Shown one piece after another: positions 1-10,338 of a stretch of 64,000 nt of DNA. Source of the stretch: an uncultured Pseudomonadota bacterium (GTDB lineage: Bacteria > Pseudomonadota > Alphaproteobacteria > JACZXZ01); the NCBI GenBank assembly GCA_963749075.1, contig CAVVLJ010000021.1, positions 544,001 through 608,000 of the forward strand, in the 5' to 3' direction. Every line of letters starts with the position of its first letter. Positions within the stretch are counted from its first letter, which is position 1. The position numbers were made by a program, and so were the translations under genes. The notes under the pieces are model-generated. The model was not told the origin of the DNA and ran no database searches. It worked only from the letters and a program-made list of their open reading frames with translations.

Positions 1-1
1 G

Positions 2-1159
2 ATGGAGGGGGCGAGCTCGAAACTCAACATGGTCATCCTGGACGCCTGCCGCAACAATCCGTTCGGCGGCCGCGGACTCCGCGAAATCGGCGGCGGCCTG
101 GCGCAAATGAAGGCGCCGCGGGGAACGCTGATCTCTTACGCGACCCAGCCGGGCAACGTGGCGAGCGACGGCGGCATCGGGAGCCGTAACAGTCCCTATG
201 CGACAGCCCTTGCCGAAACCTTGAAGACGCCCGGCCTTGGGCTCTTCGAGGTGTTCAACCGGGTGGGCCTGGCCGTCGATCGGCAGACGAAAGGCGTGCA
301 GCAGCCATGGGTATCGAACTCTCCCATCGACGGGCAATTCTATTTCGCCGCCTTGCCGCCGCCGCCCGAAGAGGCCAAACCGGCCGCACCGGTGCCACCC
401 GCCATCGATAAGGATGCCCTGTTCTGGCAGTCGATGAAGGACAGCAAAAACCCCGCGGACTTCGAGGCATACCTAAAGCAGTTTCCCAAGGGTGAATTTC
501 AAGAATTGGCGCAGCATCGGCTGGAGGCATTGAAGGCGCAGCAGCAGGCCGCGCCGTCCGCGGCTTCGCCGGCGTCCGATCCGGAAATCTCGCTCTTGCA
601 GTCGATCAAGGACAGTAACGAGGCGGCGGACTTCGAAGCGTAGCTGAAGCGGTTTCCGAATGGCGTCTTCGCGGCACTCGTCCGGGCACGGATCGAATCG
701 CTTAACCAGGCAAAAGCCGCCGCAAATCGGGCCGCGCCCAGCGCCGCGCCACAGCAACAGACCGCCGTCGCCGGCTCGGTTCCGGCGGCCCCGGCTGCCG
801 CACCTCAGCAGCAGGCCATGGTTCCTCCCAACGCGAACCTGCCGTCGGCGAGTGCCGATTCGACGGGCGGCCGTTTCAACGGAGACTGGAAGGGGCAGGC
901 CGGCACCAACCACAAGGGGTGCCTCAAATTTCTGGACACCGAGATTCGCGTCGCCGGCAGCCATGCCTCCGGTCAAATGTCGTTTATCAGCGCCTACGGC
1001 AAGGTCCCTATTGCCGGAACAATCAGCGGCGACGGTTCCATGGCCGGAACGCTGGGAGGGGCGGTGTTTTCCGGTCGCTTTGAGGGCGACCATTTTAAGG
1101 GCGCTTGGCTCGGCGGGACCTGTGGGGGTGGTTTCGTCCAGCTCGATCGGGTCAAGTGA
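2..1159 (+). CDS. Caspase-family (peptidase C14) domain protein, 5'-truncated by the window edge, with an internal in-frame TAG at 641-643
   Basis: VILDACRNNP catalytic-Cys motif plus YATQPGNVASDG and SPYATAL segments. ORFs 2..643 and 818..1159 are in the same frame. Repeat 1 reads DFEAYLKQFPKGEF and repeat 2 reads DFEA*LKRFPNGVF. Confidence 0.8.
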
Positions 1160-1162
1160 CGC

Positions 1163-1870
1163 ATGAGATGCATGGCCGCCAGCGGTTTGATTCTCGCGGG
1201 GGGCATGGCTCTCAACGCAGCTGCCTTCGCTGCCGATCCGGTGGCGCTCGTGGAGGACGTGTCGGACGCCGCCGCCGGCGTCGCCGCCTTCGATTATCTC
1301 CCGACCGGGAAGGTCGTCGAGCTCGGGCGCGACGGCCGCCTGGTCGTCGATTACCTGCGCTCGTGCGCGCACGAGACCATCGTGGGCGGCATCGTCACCA
1401 TCGGCATCGATCACAGCCTGGCGACGGGAGGCTCGTTCAAGAGCGAGAAGGTCGAGTGCCATGGCACAAGCTTCCGGCTCACGACCGAACAGGCGGCCAG
1501 GGCCGGAGTCCTCGTTCTCCGCGACATGCCGCTCAAGCAGGAAGCCGCCGACGGCGCCCGGCGGATCGATCAGACGATCTACGGCTCCTCGCCGCTCATC
1601 GACATGAGCGGCGCGCTTCGGCCCGAGCGCAGCGGCAAGGTCCGGCTCGTCGTCGAGCGCCTGGACGTGCCCGGCGAGCGCGTGGCCCTCGATATCGCAC
1701 CCGAAGCACTCGTGCGCGGCGCCTTCTACGACTTCGCCGCGGCCGGCCGCGCGCTTCAGCCGGATGGCATCTACCGTCTGGCCGTGGGCAAGATCAGCGT
1801 CGTCCTCAAGGTCGACCGCTTCGCCGCCGCCGGCCACGGCCCCGTGCTCGGCCGGCTCGTGCGGCTTTGA
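1163..1870 (+). CDS. Hypothetical exported protein
   Basis: Signal-peptide-like N-terminus (…AAAFA-ADP), host-like codon usage, starts 3 nt after the upstream stop. Confidence 0.65.
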   Translation: MRCMAASGLILAGGMALNAAAFAADPVALVEDVSDAAAGVAAFDYLPTGKVVELGRDGRLVVDYLRSCAHETIVGGIVTIGIDHSLATGGSFKSEKVECHGTSFRLTTEQAARAGVLVLRDMPLKQEAADGARRIDQTIYGSSPLIDMSGALRPERSGKVRLVVERLDVPGERVALDIAPEALVRGAFYDFAAAGRALQPDGIYRLAVGKISVVLKVDRFAAAGHGPVLGRLVRL

Positions 1871-1974
1871 GCGGTCGCCGCAACGGCGCCGGCCCGTAGC
1901 GGCCCTCGTCGCTGCGATGGGCCCGGCACTGCATGCCTTGTCTCCCATCCCTCGATGGTCCAGAGTCGCCGATC

Positions 1975-2535
1975 ATGTCGGACATGAACAGGCCCGAGGG
2001 AGTGCGGCCGAAGGGCCCGAGCGTGCGGGCGGTGCCGGAGGGCGACAACCGCGAGCGGCTCATGTGCCCCGACTGCGGCTTCGTCCATTACGACAATCCC
2101 AAGGTCGTGGTCGGCTCGGTGGTGCTGTGGCAGGAGCGCATCCTCCTCTGCAAGCGCGCGATCAACCCGCGGCTCGGCTATTGGACGCTGCCGGCGGGCT
2201 ATCTCGAGCTCAACGAGACGACGGGCGAGGGAGCCTTGCGCGAGGCCTTCGAGGAGGCGTGCGCCAGGATCGCGTTGGACGGCCTGCTCGCGGTCTACAA
2301 CATCCCGCGGCTCAGCCAGGTGCAGCTCATCTACCGCGCACGCCTCATCTCGCCCGAGGTGTCCGCCGGACACGAGACCGAGGCCGTCGGCCTCTTCGCC
2401 TGGGAGGAGATCCCGTGGCCGGACCTCGCCTTTCCCTCGGTCGGCTGGGCGCTCCACCATGCGCGGGAGGTGTGGGGGAGCGAGGTCTTCGCCGTGCGCG
2501 GCAATCCCGCGGGCGAGCGCGGCGACTTGCGCTGA
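1975..2535 (+). CDS. NUDIX hydrolase with N-terminal zinc ribbon
   Basis: CPDC…HYDNPK and Nudix box GYLELNETTGEGALREAFEE. Confidence 0.9.
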   Translation: MSDMNRPEGVRPKGPSVRAVPEGDNRERLMCPDCGFVHYDNPKVVVGSVVLWQERILLCKRAINPRLGYWTLPAGYLELNETTGEGALREAFEEACARIALDGLLAVYNIPRLSQVQLIYRARLISPEVSAGHETEAVGLFAWEEIPWPDLAFPSVGWALHHAREVWGSEVFAVRGNPAGERGDLR

Positions 2536-2538
2536 GCG

Positions 2539-3393
2539 TCAGCCGGCCGCCTCGAGGAGGATGATGCCGGCCGCGACGGTGGCGGCGGCGAGGATGCGGC
2601 GGCGTCCGAAAGGCTCGCCGAGGAAGAGGCTGCCGATCACGGCGGCGAAGATGACGCCCGTCTCGCGCAGTGCCGCCACCTGCGCCATGGCACCGAGCGA
2701 GAGCGCCCAGATCGCGATGCCGTAGCTCGCAAACGAGAGCAAGCCGCCGATCATCGGCACCAGCCAGTTGCTGTGGAAATAGGCGAGCAGATCGCGCCGC
2801 CGCCAGGCCCAAGTGGCGGCGATGAAGGGAATGCCGTCGATGGTGAAGAGCCAGGCGATGTAGCCGAGCGGTGCGCCGGAGCGGCGCACGCCGAGGCCGT
2901 CCACGACCGTGTAGGCGGTGATGGTGAGGGCGGTGAAGAGGGCCCAGAGGATCGAGCGGCGCTGCTCGCCGCGCGGCCGGCCGCGCTCAAAGGCGAGACT
3001 CGCCGTGCCGAGGGAGACGAGTGCGACGCCGATGAAGCCGCCTGGCGCCAGAAGCTCGCCCGCGGCGAGGGCCGAGACGAGCGCCACCAGCACGGGCGCC
3101 GAGCCGCGCGCCAAGGGATAGACCTGGCTCAGATCGCCGTAGCGATAGGCTTTGACGAGCCCCGTGTAGTAGCCGATGTGGATGAGCATCGAGCCCACGA
3201 GGAAGGGCCAGCTCGCGGGCGCCGGGGCGGGCAGCCAGAAAAGCGCCGCGGCGAGCGCCGGCAGCATCGGCCAGAAGGCCATGAAGGACATGGCGAGGAG
3301 GCGGTCGCCCGCACCCTTGACGAGGCCGTTCCAGCTCGCGTGCATGAGGGCTGCGGCCAGCACGAGGAGCGCTGCGGGAAGCTCGAGCGGCAT
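2539..3393 (-). CDS. EamA/DMT family transporter
   Basis: About 10 TM segments; HASWN, GDLSQVYPLARG and ALRETGV motifs. Confidence 0.9.
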   Translation of the reverse strand: MPLELPAALLVLAAALMHASWNGLVKGAGDRLLAMSFMAFWPMLPALAAALFWLPAPAPASWPFLVGSMLIHIGYYTGLVKAYRYGDLSQVYPLARGSAPVLVALVSALAAGELLAPGGFIGVALVSLGTASLAFERGRPRGEQRRSILWALFTALTITAYTVVDGLGVRRSGAPLGYIAWLFTIDGIPFIAATWAWRRRDLLAYFHSNWLVPMIGGLLSFASYGIAIWALSLGAMAQVAALRETGVIFAAVIGSLFLGEPFGRRRILAAATVAAGIILLEAAG

Positions 3394-3489
3394 AGGCGAG
3401 GTCTGCTCCGCCGGAAGGACGCGTCACGAAACCGTCACGAGCCTTGTGGCGCCGAGCCTGGCCGGCGTCAAATCAAATGACGCCGGCGA

Positions 3490-3546
3490 TTGACACTGCG
3501 TCCGCGCCATCTTAGGTTAGCGTTGTGCACATGTGCACAACGCTAA
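3490..3546 (+). promoter_or_regulatory. Sigma70 promoter with a perfect 30-bp palindromic operator
   Basis: TTGACA at 3490-3495 and TAGGTT 17 nt later. TTAGCGTTGTGCACATGTGCACAACGCTAA (3517-3546) is its own reverse complement. Confidence 0.7.
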
Positions 3547-3559
3547 TAGGCCCGCGAAT

Positions 3560-3994
3560 ATGGCCTTTTTGTCATTCCGCATTTCCGATGTGAGACGCAG
3601 GCGACTCAAGCGTTTGGCGGCCGAGCGCGGCGAGAGCGTGCAGGCGGTGATGGGTCGGCAGGTCGAGCGGCTCCTGAGAGAGGAGGATCACCAAGTGCCG
3701 ACGCTGGTCGGCGTCTTGCATGCGCTCCGCAGGCACAAGGCGGCGCTGCATGCGCGCGATGTGGCCAAGCTCTGGGTCTTCGGCTCGGTCGCGCGCGACG
3801 CGGCGCGGCCGGATAGCGACATCGACCTCATCGTGGAGTTCGCCCCGGACGCACGGGTGTCGTTGACCGGCTTCGCGCGGCTTGGCGAGGAGCTCTCGGA
3901 TATTGTCGATGCCCGCGTCGATCTCGCGGAGTGGCGCACCCTCAGCCCCCACGCGCGCGAGAGCGCCGAGCGCGATGCCGTGGCCGTGTTTTGA
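3560..3994 (+). CDS. MNT nucleotidyltransferase antitoxin (MntA-like) with N-terminal RHH-like extension
   Basis: FGSVARDAARPDSDID matches GSx10DxD. N-terminus FLSFRISDVRRRRLKRLAAERGES is RHH-like. Confidence 0.85.
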   Translation: MAFLSFRISDVRRRRLKRLAAERGESVQAVMGRQVERLLREEDHQVPTLVGVLHALRRHKAALHARDVAKLWVFGSVARDAARPDSDIDLIVEFAPDARVSLTGFARLGEELSDIVDARVDLAEWRTLSPHARESAERDAVAVF

Positions 3995-4365
3995 TGCCGC
4001 CTCGGCCGGCCGAGGATCGACTGCGCGATATCGTCTCGGCCATCGAGGACATCCAGGCATTCATGCGCGGAATGGCGCCCGAGACCTTCCTCGCCTTGCC
4101 GGCCAATGACCGCAGGACCTATCGCGCGCTCATGAACGCGATCGCCGAGATCGGGGAGGCCATCAAGGACCTGCCTGACGCACTCACCGCGCGCCACCCG
4201 GCGATCGACTGGCGCGGTTTCGCCGCCCTGCGCAATATCGTTGCACATCGGTACTTCATCGTCGATCTGCCGCGCCTCAGGCCGGTACTCATCGACGAGC
4301 TGCCCGCCCTCCTGCGGGTGGTCATGCGCGAGCTGGGCGGCGAACCGCCGCCGCAGAGCCAATAG
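3994..4365 (+). CDS. HEPN/DUF86 RNase toxin (HepT-like)
   Basis: RNIVAHRY matches Rx4HxY; IGEA and IDWR motifs; TGATG overlap with the MNT gene. Confidence 0.88.
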   Translation: MPPRPAEDRLRDIVSAIEDIQAFMRGMAPETFLALPANDRRTYRALMNAIAEIGEAIKDLPDALTARHPAIDWRGFAALRNIVAHRYFIVDLPRLRPVLIDELPALLRVVMRELGGEPPPQSQ

Positions 4366-4414
4366 GGCGCTGACGGAAATAACACGGGGACCCAAGGAAA
4401 GCCGGCGTTACGGG

Positions 4415-5356
4415 TCATTCCAGCCCCAGGAGGCTCCTCGCGAAGTCGCGCGCGTCGAAGGGGCGGAGGTCGTCGGCGCCCTCGCCTATGCCGATGGCAT
4501 AGACCGGCAGCCCGAAGCGCTCGGCGAGCGCCACCAAGACGCCGCCGCGCGCGGTGCCGTCGAGCTTGGTCACGACGAGGCCGCTCACCTCGGTCATGGC
4601 GAGGTAGGTCTCGACCTGGGCGTGGGCGTTCTGGCCGGTGGTGGCGTCGAGCACGAGGAGCACCGCATGGGGGGCTGCGGGATCGAGCTTCTGCAGCACC
4701 CGCCGCATCTTCTGCAGCTCGGCCATGAGGTCGGCGCGGTTGTGGAGGCGGCCGGCAGTATCGATGAGGAGAAGGTCGGCGCCCCTCGCGCGCGCCTCCT
4801 TGAGCGCATCGAAGGCGAGCCCGGCGGCGTCTTCGCCTTGCGCGCGCGCGATCACCGGCACGCCAACGCGCTCCCCCCAGATGCGCAGCTGCTCGATCGC
4901 GGCGGCGCGGAAGGTGTCGCCCGCGCACAGCATCACGTCCAGGCCCGCTTCCTTGTAGAGCCGCGCGAGCTTGCCGATCGTCGTGGTCTTGCCGGTGCCG
5001 TTGACGCCGACCACGAGCACGACGAAAGGCTTTATTTCGCCAGCGATGACGAGCGGCTTGGCTACCGGCTCCAGCGCCAGTGCGATCGCCTCGGCCAGCG
5101 TCTCGCGCACCAGTGCCGGCGTCGCGTCGTCCGCGAAGCGCTCGCCGGCAAGCCGGCTCACCAGCTTCGCCGCCATGGCGGGCCCGAGATCCGCGGCGAT
5201 GAGCAGCTCCTCGATCTCGGCGAGTGCGGCGGCGTCGAGCTTGCGTCTGGTGAGGATGCCGGCAATGCCGTCCGAGAGCCGGCTCGAGGTGCGGCTGAGC
5301 CCCGCCTTGAGGCGGCTTAGCCAGCCGCGCCGCGGCGCGCCGCCCTCCTCGCTCAT
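4415..5356 (-). CDS. ftsY: Signal recognition particle receptor FtsY
   Basis: GVNGTGKTTT, DTFRAAA, DTAGRL and TKLDGTARGG motifs. Confidence 0.97.
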   Translation of the reverse strand: MSEEGGAPRRGWLSRLKAGLSRTSSRLSDGIAGILTRRKLDAAALAEIEELLIAADLGPAMAAKLVSRLAGERFADDATPALVRETLAEAIALALEPVAKPLVIAGEIKPFVVLVVGVNGTGKTTTIGKLARLYKEAGLDVMLCAGDTFRAAAIEQLRIWGERVGVPVIARAQGEDAAGLAFDALKEARARGADLLLIDTAGRLHNRADLMAELQKMRRVLQKLDPAAPHAVLLVLDATTGQNAHAQVETYLAMTEVSGLVVTKLDGTARGGVLVALAERFGLPVYAIGIGEGADDLRPFDARDFARSLLGLE

Positions 5357-5371
5357 GGCCCGGGCCGCCCT

Positions 5372-6610
5372 TTAGAGGACGCGCGCAACGAGTTCCAAGC
5401 CGTCCGCGGCGGTGACGGCCGCGCGCGCGACGCTGCCGGGGGCGGCCTCGCCCGCCAGGCGCACCGCGGCATAATGCTCGCTGCGCCCGCGCCCGGGCTT
5501 CTCGACGAGGACCGCGGCCGTGTGACCGACGCGGCTCGCGAGGAAGCCCGCGAGGGCGGCATCGCCTGCCGCGCGCAGGCGGGCCGCGCGCGACTTGCGC
5601 ACGGGCTTGGGCAGCTGCGGCATGCGCGCCGCGGGCGTGCCCTCGCGCGCCGAATAGGGGAAGACGTGGAGGAAGGCAAGGCCGCAGGCCTCGACGAGGG
5701 AAAGGGTCTCTTCGAACATCGCCTCCGTCTCGGTCGGAAAGCCGGCGATGAGGTCGGCGCCGAGCGCCAGTCCCGGACGCAGGCGGCCGAGCCGCTCGGC
5801 AACCGCGATCGCCTGCGCCCGGCTATGGCGGCGGCGCATGCGCTTGAGCGTGAGATCGGCGCCCGCCTGCAGGCTCAAATGGAGATGCGGCATGAGCCGC
5901 GGCTCCTCGGCGACGAGGCGGAAGAGCTCCTCGTCGATCTCGACCGGATCGAGGGAGGAGAGTCTCAAGCGCGCGAGCTCGGGCACCGCGGCAAGGAGGC
6001 GGCGCACCAACTGGCCGAGCGTCGGCCGACCCGGCAGCTCCTTGCCGTAGTCGGTGATGTCGACGCCGGTCAGCACCAGCTCCTTGACGCCGCGCGCGAC
6101 GAGGCTCCGCACCTCCTCGACGATGCGGCCCAAGGGTACGCTGCGGCTCGGGCCGCGGCCGTAAGGGATGATGCAGAAGGTGCAGCGGTGGTCGCAGCCC
6201 TGCTGAACCTGCACGAAGGCGCGGGCGCGCGCGGCCGCACCCTCGAGGAGATGCGCCGCGGTCTCGCCGGGCGCCTCCCGGCCCCCGGCATCGACGCCTG
6301 CGCCGCCGCCGTAGGAGCGGGCCTCGAGCTTCTCGCGGTTGCCGATGACCTGGTCGACCTCGGCCATGGCGGCGTAGCGCTCGGGTGCGATCTCGGCGGC
6401 GCAGCCGGTCACGATGATGCGGGCATGGGGACGCGCGCGCCGCGCCTTGCGGATCGCCTGGCGCGCCTGGCGCTCGGCCTCGGCGGTGACGGCGCAGGTG
6501 TTGACGATGACCGCATCGGTGAGCCCGGCCTCGCCGGCGCGCGCGCGGATGAGCTGGGATTCGTAGGCGTTGAGGCGGCAGCCGAAGGTGACGATGTCGA
6601 GGCCGGACAT
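5372..6610 (-). CDS. mtaB: tRNA t6A37 methylthiotransferase MtaB
   Basis: TFGCRLNAYES, NTCAVT and radical-SAM CDHRCTFC motifs; ftsY-dapF synteny. Confidence 0.93.
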   Translation of the reverse strand: MSGLDIVTFGCRLNAYESQLIRARAGEAGLTDAVIVNTCAVTAEAERQARQAIRKARRARPHARIIVTGCAAEIAPERYAAMAEVDQVIGNREKLEARSYGGGAGVDAGGREAPGETAAHLLEGAAARARAFVQVQQGCDHRCTFCIIPYGRGPSRSVPLGRIVEEVRSLVARGVKELVLTGVDITDYGKELPGRPTLGQLVRRLLAAVPELARLRLSSLDPVEIDEELFRLVAEEPRLMPHLHLSLQAGADLTLKRMRRRHSRAQAIAVAERLGRLRPGLALGADLIAGFPTETEAMFEETLSLVEACGLAFLHVFPYSAREGTPAARMPQLPKPVRKSRAARLRAAGDAALAGFLASRVGHTAAVLVEKPGRGRSEHYAAVRLAGEAAPGSVARAAVTAADGLELVARVL

Positions 6611-6617
6611 GTTGGCC

Positions 6618-7490
6618 TCAGGCGAGGAGCGAGGGGTCGAGCCGGCCCGAGAAGCTGGTCGCGGCCGGGCCGGTCATGACCACGTGGTTGTCGCGCGCGC
6701 GCCATTCGACGAGGAGCGGGCCGCCGTCGAGCACGACGGTCGCCTGGCGCGGCGCGAGCCCGCGGCGGTGGGCGGCCACGAGGGCGGCACAGGCGCCGGT
6801 GCCGCAGGCCCGCGTGATGCCGACCCCGCGCTCCCACACGCGCATGCGCAAGGCGCCGTCGCCGCGGCGCTGGACGACCTCGACGTTGGTGCGCTCCGGG
6901 AACAGCGGGTGACGCTCGATCTCGGGTCCCAGCCGCTCGAGGGCCACGGCCTCGGCGTCGGCCACGAAGAAGACCGCGTGGGGATTGCCGACGTTGACCG
7001 CGGCGGGATCGCCGAGCGGGCCCATGCCGAGCTCGAGGTGCAGCGTATCCATCGCGCGCGCGAGCGGTATCTGCTGCCACTCCAGGCGCACCTCGCCCAT
7101 GTCCACGGCGATGAGGCCGTCGCTCCGCCGCTCGGCCTCGATGACGCCCGCCGCCGTCTCGATCGCCACGCGCTCGCGCGCGAGCTCGGCCATGAGGAGG
7201 GTGGCGATGCAGCGCGCCGCATTGCCGCAGGCCTCGACCTCGCCGCCGTCGGCGTTGCGGATGCGCATGAAGGCGGCGGCGCGGCGGTCGCGCGGCGCCT
7301 CGAGGGTGATGAGCTGGTCGCAGCCGACCCCCGTCCTGCGGTCGGCGATGGCGCGCGTCCTTCTCTCGTCGAGCACAAGCGGCGCCGCGCGCGCGTCGAG
7401 CACGACGAAATCGTTGCCCAGCCCATGCATCTTGACGAAATCGCGCATCGTCGCGGACTCGGGCGGGCGCGCGCTCAGGATCTCGGACAT
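6618..7490 (-). CDS. dapF: Diaminopimelate epimerase (alternative start at 7448)
   Basis: [23 protein letters not shown] and RACGTGAC motifs. Confidence 0.96.
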   Translation of the reverse strand: MSEILSARPPESATMRDFVKMHGLGNDFVVLDARAAPLVLDERRTRAIADRRTGVGCDQLITLEAPRDRRAAAFMRIRNADGGEVEACGNAARCIATLLMAELARERVAIETAAGVIEAERRSDGLIAVDMGEVRLEWQQIPLARAMDTLHLELGMGPLGDPAAVNVGNPHAVFFVADAEAVALERLGPEIERHPLFPERTNVEVVQRRGDGALRMRVWERGVGITRACGTGACAALVAAHRRGLAPRQATVVLDGGPLLVEWRARDNHVVMTGPAATSFSGRLDPSLLA

Positions 7491-7563
7491 GGCGCTGGTT
7501 ATATGACCCGCGCCGCGGCCAAGTCCAACGCTTTTGCCGCCGCCGCGCGTGCGCCGCCGCCGC

Positions 7564-8013
7564 TCAGCCGCGCGCGGCGCGGCGCTTGCGCGGCCGGGCC
7601 GGCTTGCCCGATTTGGCAAGCGCCCCCAGCATCTGCCTTACCCCCTTGCGCACCTGGGGGTCGGCAACCCCGCTATAGGCCTTGACCAGCTCCATGGTCT
7701 CGCGGTCGGAGAGCAGCTCGGCGTCGTAGCCCGCCTTCTCCTGCTCGGCGAGACCGCCGAGTGCCGCCGGTCCCCGCCCGCGCCTGCTCAGCCCGTCGAA
7801 GAAATACGCCGGCTGGACGTTGAGCACGTCGCTCAAGAGCCACAGCATGCTGGCGCCGATGCGGTTGGTGCCTCGCTCGTACTTCTGGATTTGCTGGTAG
7901 CTGACGCCCGTGACCCCGCTCAGCTTCTGTTGGCTCATTCCGAGCTCGATCCGGCGCTGGCGCAGACGCTTGCCGACGTGCGCGTCGATCGATTCCACCT
8001 TCGCCAACCTCAT
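7564..8013 (-). CDS. XRE/Cro-C1 HTH transcriptional regulator
   Basis: [12 protein letters not shown]…[18 protein letters not shown]…FFDGL. Confidence 0.9.
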   Translation of the reverse strand: MRLAKVESIDAHVGKRLRQRRIELGMSQQKLSGVTGVSYQQIQKYERGTNRIGASMLWLLSDVLNVQPAYFFDGLSRRGRGPAALGGLAEQEKAGYDAELLSDRETMELVKAYSGVADPQVRKGVRQMLGALAKSGKPARPRKRRAARG

Positions 8014-8151
8014 CCCCCTATCCTTCTAGGTTTTTTTGAAGGGCTTTCCCCGTTCAGGCCAAGCGCGCGCGATCATCCGCCCTCCAGTTGGTGACCATCA
8101 TTTATCGTCAACTGGCGCGACTTTAGCAAGCCGATTCCGTGCCCCAGGCAT

Positions 8152-8227
8152 GCATCGCCGGCACGCGTCGCCGGCACGCATCGCCCGCACGCATCGCCCG
8201 CACGCATCGCCCCGCGCGCATCGCCCC
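8152..8227. repeat. Tandem repeat, about 6 copies of a 13-nt unit (GCATCGCC[C/G]GCAC)
   Basis: Units start at 8152, 8165, 8178, 8191, 8204 and 8218. Confidence 0.85.
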
Positions 8228-8261
8228 TATGCGCAAGGCGCCTTCGCGGCGCGTCCCGCGG

Positions 8262-8675
8262 CTAATGCCGCCGGTTATTGCCGGCGTGGGCGATCTGGCG
8301 GATGAAATCGATGAAGTGCCGGCGCAGCTCGGGATCGTCGACCTTGTGATAGGCGCGCAGGAGATCGAGCGTCTCGCGGCGGTCGACGAGCGTGGCACTA
8401 TCCGCCTCGTAGCCGTCGAGCTGCCGCTTGGGCAGCCCGTCGAAGAAGAAGGAGATCGGCACGTTGAGCGCCTCGGCCACGACGAAGAGCGTGCTCGCGG
8501 CGATGCGGTTGGTGCCCTTCTCGTATTTCTGGACCTGCTGCGGCGTGAGTGCTATGGCGTCGCCGAGCTGCTTCTGGCTCAGCCCGAGCATGGCGCGGCG
8601 GAGCCGGATGCGGCTGCCGATCTCGAGATCGACCTCTGAGAGAATGGTGGCGGCCACGTCGGTCCTCCCTGTCAC
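8262..8675 (-). CDS. XRE/Cro-C1 HTH transcriptional regulator, paralog of 7564-8013
   Basis: DLEIGSRIRLRR…QQVQKYEKGTNRIAAS…FFDGL. Confidence 0.9.
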   Translation of the reverse strand: MTGRTDVAATILSEVDLEIGSRIRLRRAMLGLSQKQLGDAIALTPQQVQKYEKGTNRIAASTLFVVAEALNVPISFFFDGLPKRQLDGYEADSATLVDRRETLDLLRAYHKVDDPELRRHFIDFIRQIAHAGNNRRH

Positions 8676-8790
8676 GCCCGCCCGCTCGAGCGGAGACGCA
8701 AGACGATGTCATTTTTCACCTCCCAGTAGCAATCGTCAAGGTTGCTTATTGACCTTTACATCTGTATTGGAACGAGCGTCCTGCCGGAGC

Positions 8791-8920
8791 TTGACTTGGC
8801 GCGCGAGGGTCCCTTAGAGTGCCCCCCGTCAAGGAGTAGTCCGAGCGCTTGCGCTCCCTCAGGGGGTCCGCCAGTCCGCGAGTGTCGCGCACTGGCGCGC
8901 GCGGTTTTGTCGAGGCGAGG
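8791..8920 (+). promoter_or_regulatory. ffh promoter and structured 5' leader (possible alphaproteobacterial ffh-leader RNA)
   Basis: TTGACT-N18-TAGAGT at 8791-8820; hairpin CGCCAGT…ACTGGCG at 8869-8897. Confidence 0.35.
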
Positions 8921-10292
8921 ATGTTCGACGGTTTGACCAGCAAGCTCGGCCTGGTGCTCGACCGCCTGCGCGGGCGGGCGGCGCTCAGCGAGGCGGACGT
9001 CGATGCCGCACTGCGCGAGGTGCGGATCGCCCTCCTCGAGGCCGACGTGGCGCTGCCGGTGGTCAAGGATTCTGGTTGCCGCCGTCAAGGCGAAGGCGGT
9101 CGGCGGCGAGGTGCTCAAGAGTGTCACGCCCGGCCAGATGGTGGTCAAGATCGTGCACGACCAGCTGGTCGAGATGCTGGGCGCCGAGACGGCCGAGCTC
9201 GATCTCCGGACCGAGCCGCCGGCGGTCATCCTCATGGTGGGCCTGCAAGGCTCGGGCAAGACCACGACGAGCGCCAAGCTCGCCCTCAGCTTGCGCACGC
9301 GCGAGCGCAAGAAGGTGCTGATGGCCTCCCTCGACACGCGGCGGCCGGCGGCCCAGGAGCAGCTCGCCATCCTCGGGCTCGAGGCCGAGGTCGACACGCT
9401 GCCGCTGGTTCCCGGCGAGCCGCCGCTGGCGATTGCCAGGCGCTCGCTGCAGAAGGCGCGGCTCGAGGGCTACGACGTGGTCATCCTGGATACCGCCGGC
9501 CGGCTCCACATCGACGAGGAGCTGATGGCCGAGGCGGCGGCCGTCAGCCAGGCGACGCGGCCGAGCGAGACCCTCCTCGTGGCCGACGCCATGACCGGGC
9601 AGGACGCGGTCCAGGTGGCGGACGCCTTCGAGAAGCGCCTCGGCGTCACCGGCATCGTGCTGACAAGGGTGGACGGCGATGCCCGCGGCGGTGCGGCGCT
9701 CAGCATGCGCGCGGTCACCGGCCGCCCCATCAAGCTCATCGGCGTGGGCGAGAAGCTCGACGCGCTCGAGACCTTCCACCCCGCGCGCATCGCCGGCCGC
9801 ATCCTCGGCATGGGCGACGTGGTCTCCCTCGTCGAGAAGGCGGCGGCGACCATCGAGGAGGAGGAGGCCGAGCGCCTCGCCCGCAAGATCGAGAAGGGCA
9901 AGTTCGACCTCGACGATATGGCCCAGCAGCTGCGCCAGCTGCGCAAGATGGGCGGCATGGAGGGCCTGCTCGGCATGCTGCCGGGCATAGCCAAGGTGAA
10001 GCGGCAGCTCGCCGAGCAGCGCATCGACGCCGGCATCTTGAAGCGCCAGGAGGCCATCATCGGCTCGATGACCAAGGGCGAGCGGCGCAATCCCCAGCTC
10101 ATCCACGCCTCGCGCAAGCGCCGCATAGCACAGGGCTCCGGCACCTCCGTGCAGGACGTGAACAAGCTCCTGAAGCAATTCATGGAGATGAGCCGCATGA
10201 TGAAGCAGGTCACGAAGCTCGGCGAGAAAGGCCTGATGCGCTCGGGCTTCCTCGCGCCGAAGGGCCTGCCGCCGGGCGTGCCGCGGCATTAG
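8921..10292 (+). CDS. ffh: Signal recognition particle protein Ffh (apparent frameshift near 9070)
   Basis: MFDGLTSKL…ALLEADVALPVVKD in one frame continues as VAAVKAKA…GLQGSGKTTT…DTAGRL…M-domain in another. Confidence 0.95.
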
Positions 10293-10338
10293 CGCGCTGC
10301 GGGCTTTCACGATGTCCAACTAAGGAGCCACCAAGAGC

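Noticed and set aside
641-643. Pyrrolysine or reassigned TAG code
   Set aside because: TAG is used as a normal stop in many genes here (ffh, leuC, asd, sucD), and no pyl genes are visible.
8152-8227. CRISPR array
   Set aside because: 13-nt head-to-tail units with no spacers, and no cas genes in the window.
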